From the NCBI GenBank assembly GCA_964532335.1, contig CAZHHV010000005.1:1-33848 (forward strand): a DNA stretch of 33,848 nt, written 5' to 3'. The translations under genes and the position numbers were made by a program. The notes below the pieces were generated by a model, which did no database searches, was not told where the DNA came from, and saw only the letters and a list, made by a program, of their open reading frames with translations. The first letter of the stretch is position 1; every line of letters begins with the position of its first letter. This DNA comes from an uncultured Nitrospiraceae bacterium (GTDB taxonomy: Bacteria > Nitrospirota > Thermodesulfovibrionia > Thermodesulfovibrionales > UBA1546). Positions 31,745 through 33,848 of the stretch are shown here, piece after piece.

Positions 31745-33019
31745 TTAAAACTCATATCTTACTTGTAAATAAACATTGTCGTTCTTTGCCAGCTGTCCGA
31801 ACTGGCTCCATTTCTCGCCGCCTCCGAATACATTCGCTCCAATTGCAGCCCATACATGGTCTGAAAAATTGTATTTGATTTCCGGATTCAGCATGTAATC
31901 TCCATCTGATGGGCTGTAAAAAGAAAAGAAGGATAGTCTTAAGGTCTGGTGTACCAGGAACTGGGTCAGTCTCATTGCAGCAAGCTGATGTAGTTTTTTC
32001 TCTTTCGGAAAACCAGCAGGCAGATTATTTTCGTATTCTGAATAATCATTCATATATTCACCATAATATTGAAGCCCTATTGTGAAGTCTTCCCATATCT
32101 GCCTTTGATATCCTATCAGAAATCTTGTCTGAGAATTTGGGAGCATAGGGTCTGTGCCATTTCTGTCCTGTCTTGAATCATAGTAACCTGCCTCAAGACT
32201 TAGAATACCGTCCAATGCCCTTCCCTGAAGGCTCGCTCCGTAAACAGAGAGTTTCGGATAAAAAAGCGTAAGCTTTGTTGGCATCATTGGATTGTTAGGC
32301 ATCATCCACGGCTGTCTGAAGAACCCTTTATAGAAATAAAGAGATGTATCAAAGCCTGCTATATCACGATAAGCTCGAATTGCAATCTCTGCATTTTTAA
32401 GATTTGAAGTTGGTTCTTCCTCTTCCCTGTCTGTAATTGTTGGCATTGGGTCGTACATCCAGAACCTATTTGAATCGGGGAAATTGTTCGGTTCAAAAAA
32501 TGGTATTGCAACAAACTCAAATGATGCAAATTCCGTATAGACCCCGATCTTTACTCCGTCAACGCCTTTTTTCATATATTCCAATGGCCTCCCTGAAAAG
32601 AACGCTTCATAGTCTTTCGGGAAAACATCGTTTATAAATATGAGGTCACCGACTCCCCATGTTATAACCTGCCTGCCGGCCCTGATATCCCATTTCGAGG
32701 CAGTGGAATCAATATAACCTTCTCTTAATTCCATGTCGGCTTTCCTATCAATGTGATCATAGAAGGCATCAGTCTTTAGAAAGAGGCGGAACGGCTCTTT
32801 ATTAGCATCAAGTTTTAACTGCACCCTCTCCTCTGCCCACTTAAAGTCCCCGCCGTCAGGATTGGATGAGGCAGTATCAAGGGAATAGTTTCCCTGGAGA
32901 AAGCCGTGAACAGAGATATCTGATGCATAAGTAACACTTGACCACGATAATTGAATCAGCAATATCATTCTTAATATTCGAAAATATTTTCCTTTTAAAA
33001 TATTTTTGCCAGAATACAT
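31745..33019 (-). CDS. Putative outer-membrane beta-barrel protein (porin/alginate-export-like)
   Basis: 424 aa. Signal peptide ...SWSSVTYA/SD. Alternating amphipathic strands rich in Y/G/D. C-terminus NVYLQVRYEF (terminal Phe). Confidence 0.6.
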   Translation of the reverse strand: MYSGKNILKGKYFRILRMILLIQLSWSSVTYASDISVHGFLQGNYSLDTASSNPDGGDFKWAEERVQLKLDANKEPFRLFLKTDAFYDHIDRKADMELREGYIDSTASKWDIRAGRQVITWGVGDLIFINDVFPKDYEAFFSGRPLEYMKKGVDGVKIGVYTEFASFEFVAIPFFEPNNFPDSNRFWMYDPMPTITDREEEEPTSNLKNAEIAIRAYRDIAGFDTSLYFYKGFFRQPWMMPNNPMMPTKLTLFYPKLSVYGASLQGRALDGILSLEAGYYDSRQDRNGTDPMLPNSQTRFLIGYQRQIWEDFTIGLQYYGEYMNDYSEYENNLPAGFPKEKKLHQLAAMRLTQFLVHQTLRLSFFSFYSPSDGDYMLNPEIKYNFSDHVWAAIGANVFGGGEKWSQFGQLAKNDNVYLQVRYEF

Positions 33020-33648
33020 ATAAATCCTGCCTCCTCTATCAATTTGTTATGTGCATCTTCTTTATTAGGTTTATCAGATGGCGGCTGACAGAGTGTTGAT
33101 GAATATGCCTCAACAGACATATCAGCCATTTCTAACATTTTAACCACTTCATTAACACTGTAAAATTTTGCATATTTATAACTTGGATGTCCTTCTGCTC
33201 GTTTTTCCATGTAAGACGCACCCCATGAACTTTCCCTGTTAATTATCCCGACAATCAATCCTCCGGCTGTCTTCAGGACTCTTTTGGCTTCGGAGATTAC
33301 CTTTTGAGGCTCTTTCACAAAGCAGAGTGTGAAGAGTATAAATACGCCGCCAAAGGATTTATCTTCAAAAGGCAGTTTCTCACCAGTGGCAAACTTTACC
33401 TTTATTCCGCGCTTTTCAGCTATCTTCAAAGCCGCCTGAGCAGGGTCAATGCCGTACTCAATTCCCAATGCATTTGCAAAGCGACCTGTTCCTGCGCCGA
33501 TCTCGAGAAAGGGATGCTCCAGACCTTTCATCAAAAGCCTTACCGCATCAGCCTCCAACTCGAAAAGCACTTTGCCTTCCGGGCTATCAAACCATTTGTC
33601 GTACTCCTCTGCATATTTATCAAATGCAGAAACAGCATTACTTTCCAT
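32995..33648 (-). CDS. Class I SAM-dependent methyltransferase
   Basis: 217 aa. Motif I FLEIGAGTGRF, then LPFEDKSFGGVF and LKTAGGLIV. Confidence 0.85.
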   Translation of the reverse strand: MESNAVSAFDKYAEEYDKWFDSPEGKVLFELEADAVRLLMKGLEHPFLEIGAGTGRFANALGIEYGIDPAQAALKIAEKRGIKVKFATGEKLPFEDKSFGGVFILFTLCFVKEPQKVISEAKRVLKTAGGLIVGIINRESSWGASYMEKRAEGHPSYKYAKFYSVNEVVKMLEMADMSVEAYSSTLCQPPSDKPNKEDAHNKLIEEAGFICILAKIF

Positions 33649-33832
33649 CTTTTACGCCAAAGAGACGCAGGATCACCATCAAAGGGCACCAGTTAGTGAA
33701 TCCTGATTGAAAAAGACTGAATGAAAAAATTCCAGCGGCTATGAGCCACTTTGGAGAATGTAGTTGTGAGAGAAAGATACTAATTAAAATTAAAGCGCCT
33801 GCTAAAAGTCTTAACCATCTTTCCATAGTCAT
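33638..33832 (-). CDS. DUF2892 (YgaP-like) small membrane protein
   Basis: Two TM helices and a ...GFTNWCPLMVILRLFG motif. ATG 33832 is preferred (G-rich SD-like run upstream). GTG 33841 and ATG 33826 are alternatives. Confidence 0.6.
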   Translation of the reverse strand: MTMERWLRLLAGALILISIFLSQLHSPKWLIAAGIFSFSLFQSGFTNWCPLMVILRLFGVKDGK

Positions 33833-33848
33833 TTGAATCACCCCCCTT

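Noticed and set aside
33831-33848. C-run at the window edge (atcaccccccctt) as another family A element
   Set aside because: It is truncated by the window end, so the palindrome cannot be verified. On the minus strand the same run may simply serve as the G-rich SD for the DUF2892 gene.
1-33848. Search for tRNA, rRNA, riboswitch, integrase/transposase and att-like direct repeats flanking the islets
   Set aside because: I recognised no T-loop/acceptor patterns, rRNA-like stretches, recombinase motifs or flanking direct repeats. The leaders upstream of queH, the MetE-like gene and asd are too short, or are occupied by repeats, to hold known riboswitches.

Overview
This is a 33.8-kb chromosomal segment from a diderm bacterium. 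The taxon cannot be fixed from sequence alone. The split transketolase, RACo-like corrinoid activase, QueH and the repeat content suggest an uncultivated anaerobic sediment or groundwater lineage of Nitrospirota or Desulfobacterota type, but that is a guess. Reading left to right, the window contains: (1) a 1527-codon, 3'-partial minus-strand ORF (1-4581) that is missing from the supplied ORF track and encodes a PilY1/PilC-like pilus tip adhesin with cysteine-rich inserts; (2) a toxin-antitoxin islet (MntA/HepT, DUF488, AbrB-VapC); (3) a plus-strand housekeeping block: asd, RACo-like [2Fe-2S]/ASKHA protein, queH-spoIID-queA, SPOR protein, phoH-pgpH-ybeY-hisF; (4) a minus-strand ThiI-like PP-loop enzyme, tmk and a MetE/MtaA-like Zn methyltransferase; (5) an accessory islet with an XRE regulator, a TPR plus beta-barrel Slam/DUF560-like outer-membrane protein, a secreted M23 peptidase with a TbpB-barrel-like C-terminus, and a second VapBC. 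This islet is my top candidate for an undescribed system (type XI secretion with a peptidoglycan-hydrolase cargo); (6) a long minus-strand operon: hypothetical-tktN-tktC-ftsE-ftsX-envC-ctpA-exonuclease; (7) an outer-membrane barrel, a SAM methyltransferase and a DUF2892 protein. I found no rRNA, tRNA, CRISPR array, transposase or integrase. The most unusual sequence-level signal is a dense population of small structured repeats. They fall into nested C6/G6 palindromes, a CCCCGTTAGAAA palindrome, about 110-bp GTCAT...ATGAC elements, and elements whose arms are tandem 7-8-mers. Several sit in-frame inside conserved genes (DUF488, RACo-like, queH, ybeY, hisF, and possibly tmk, envC and tktC). Two further oddities are a conserved PhoH N-terminal domain with no ATG/GTG/TTG start and an 8-bp microsatellite inside queA.
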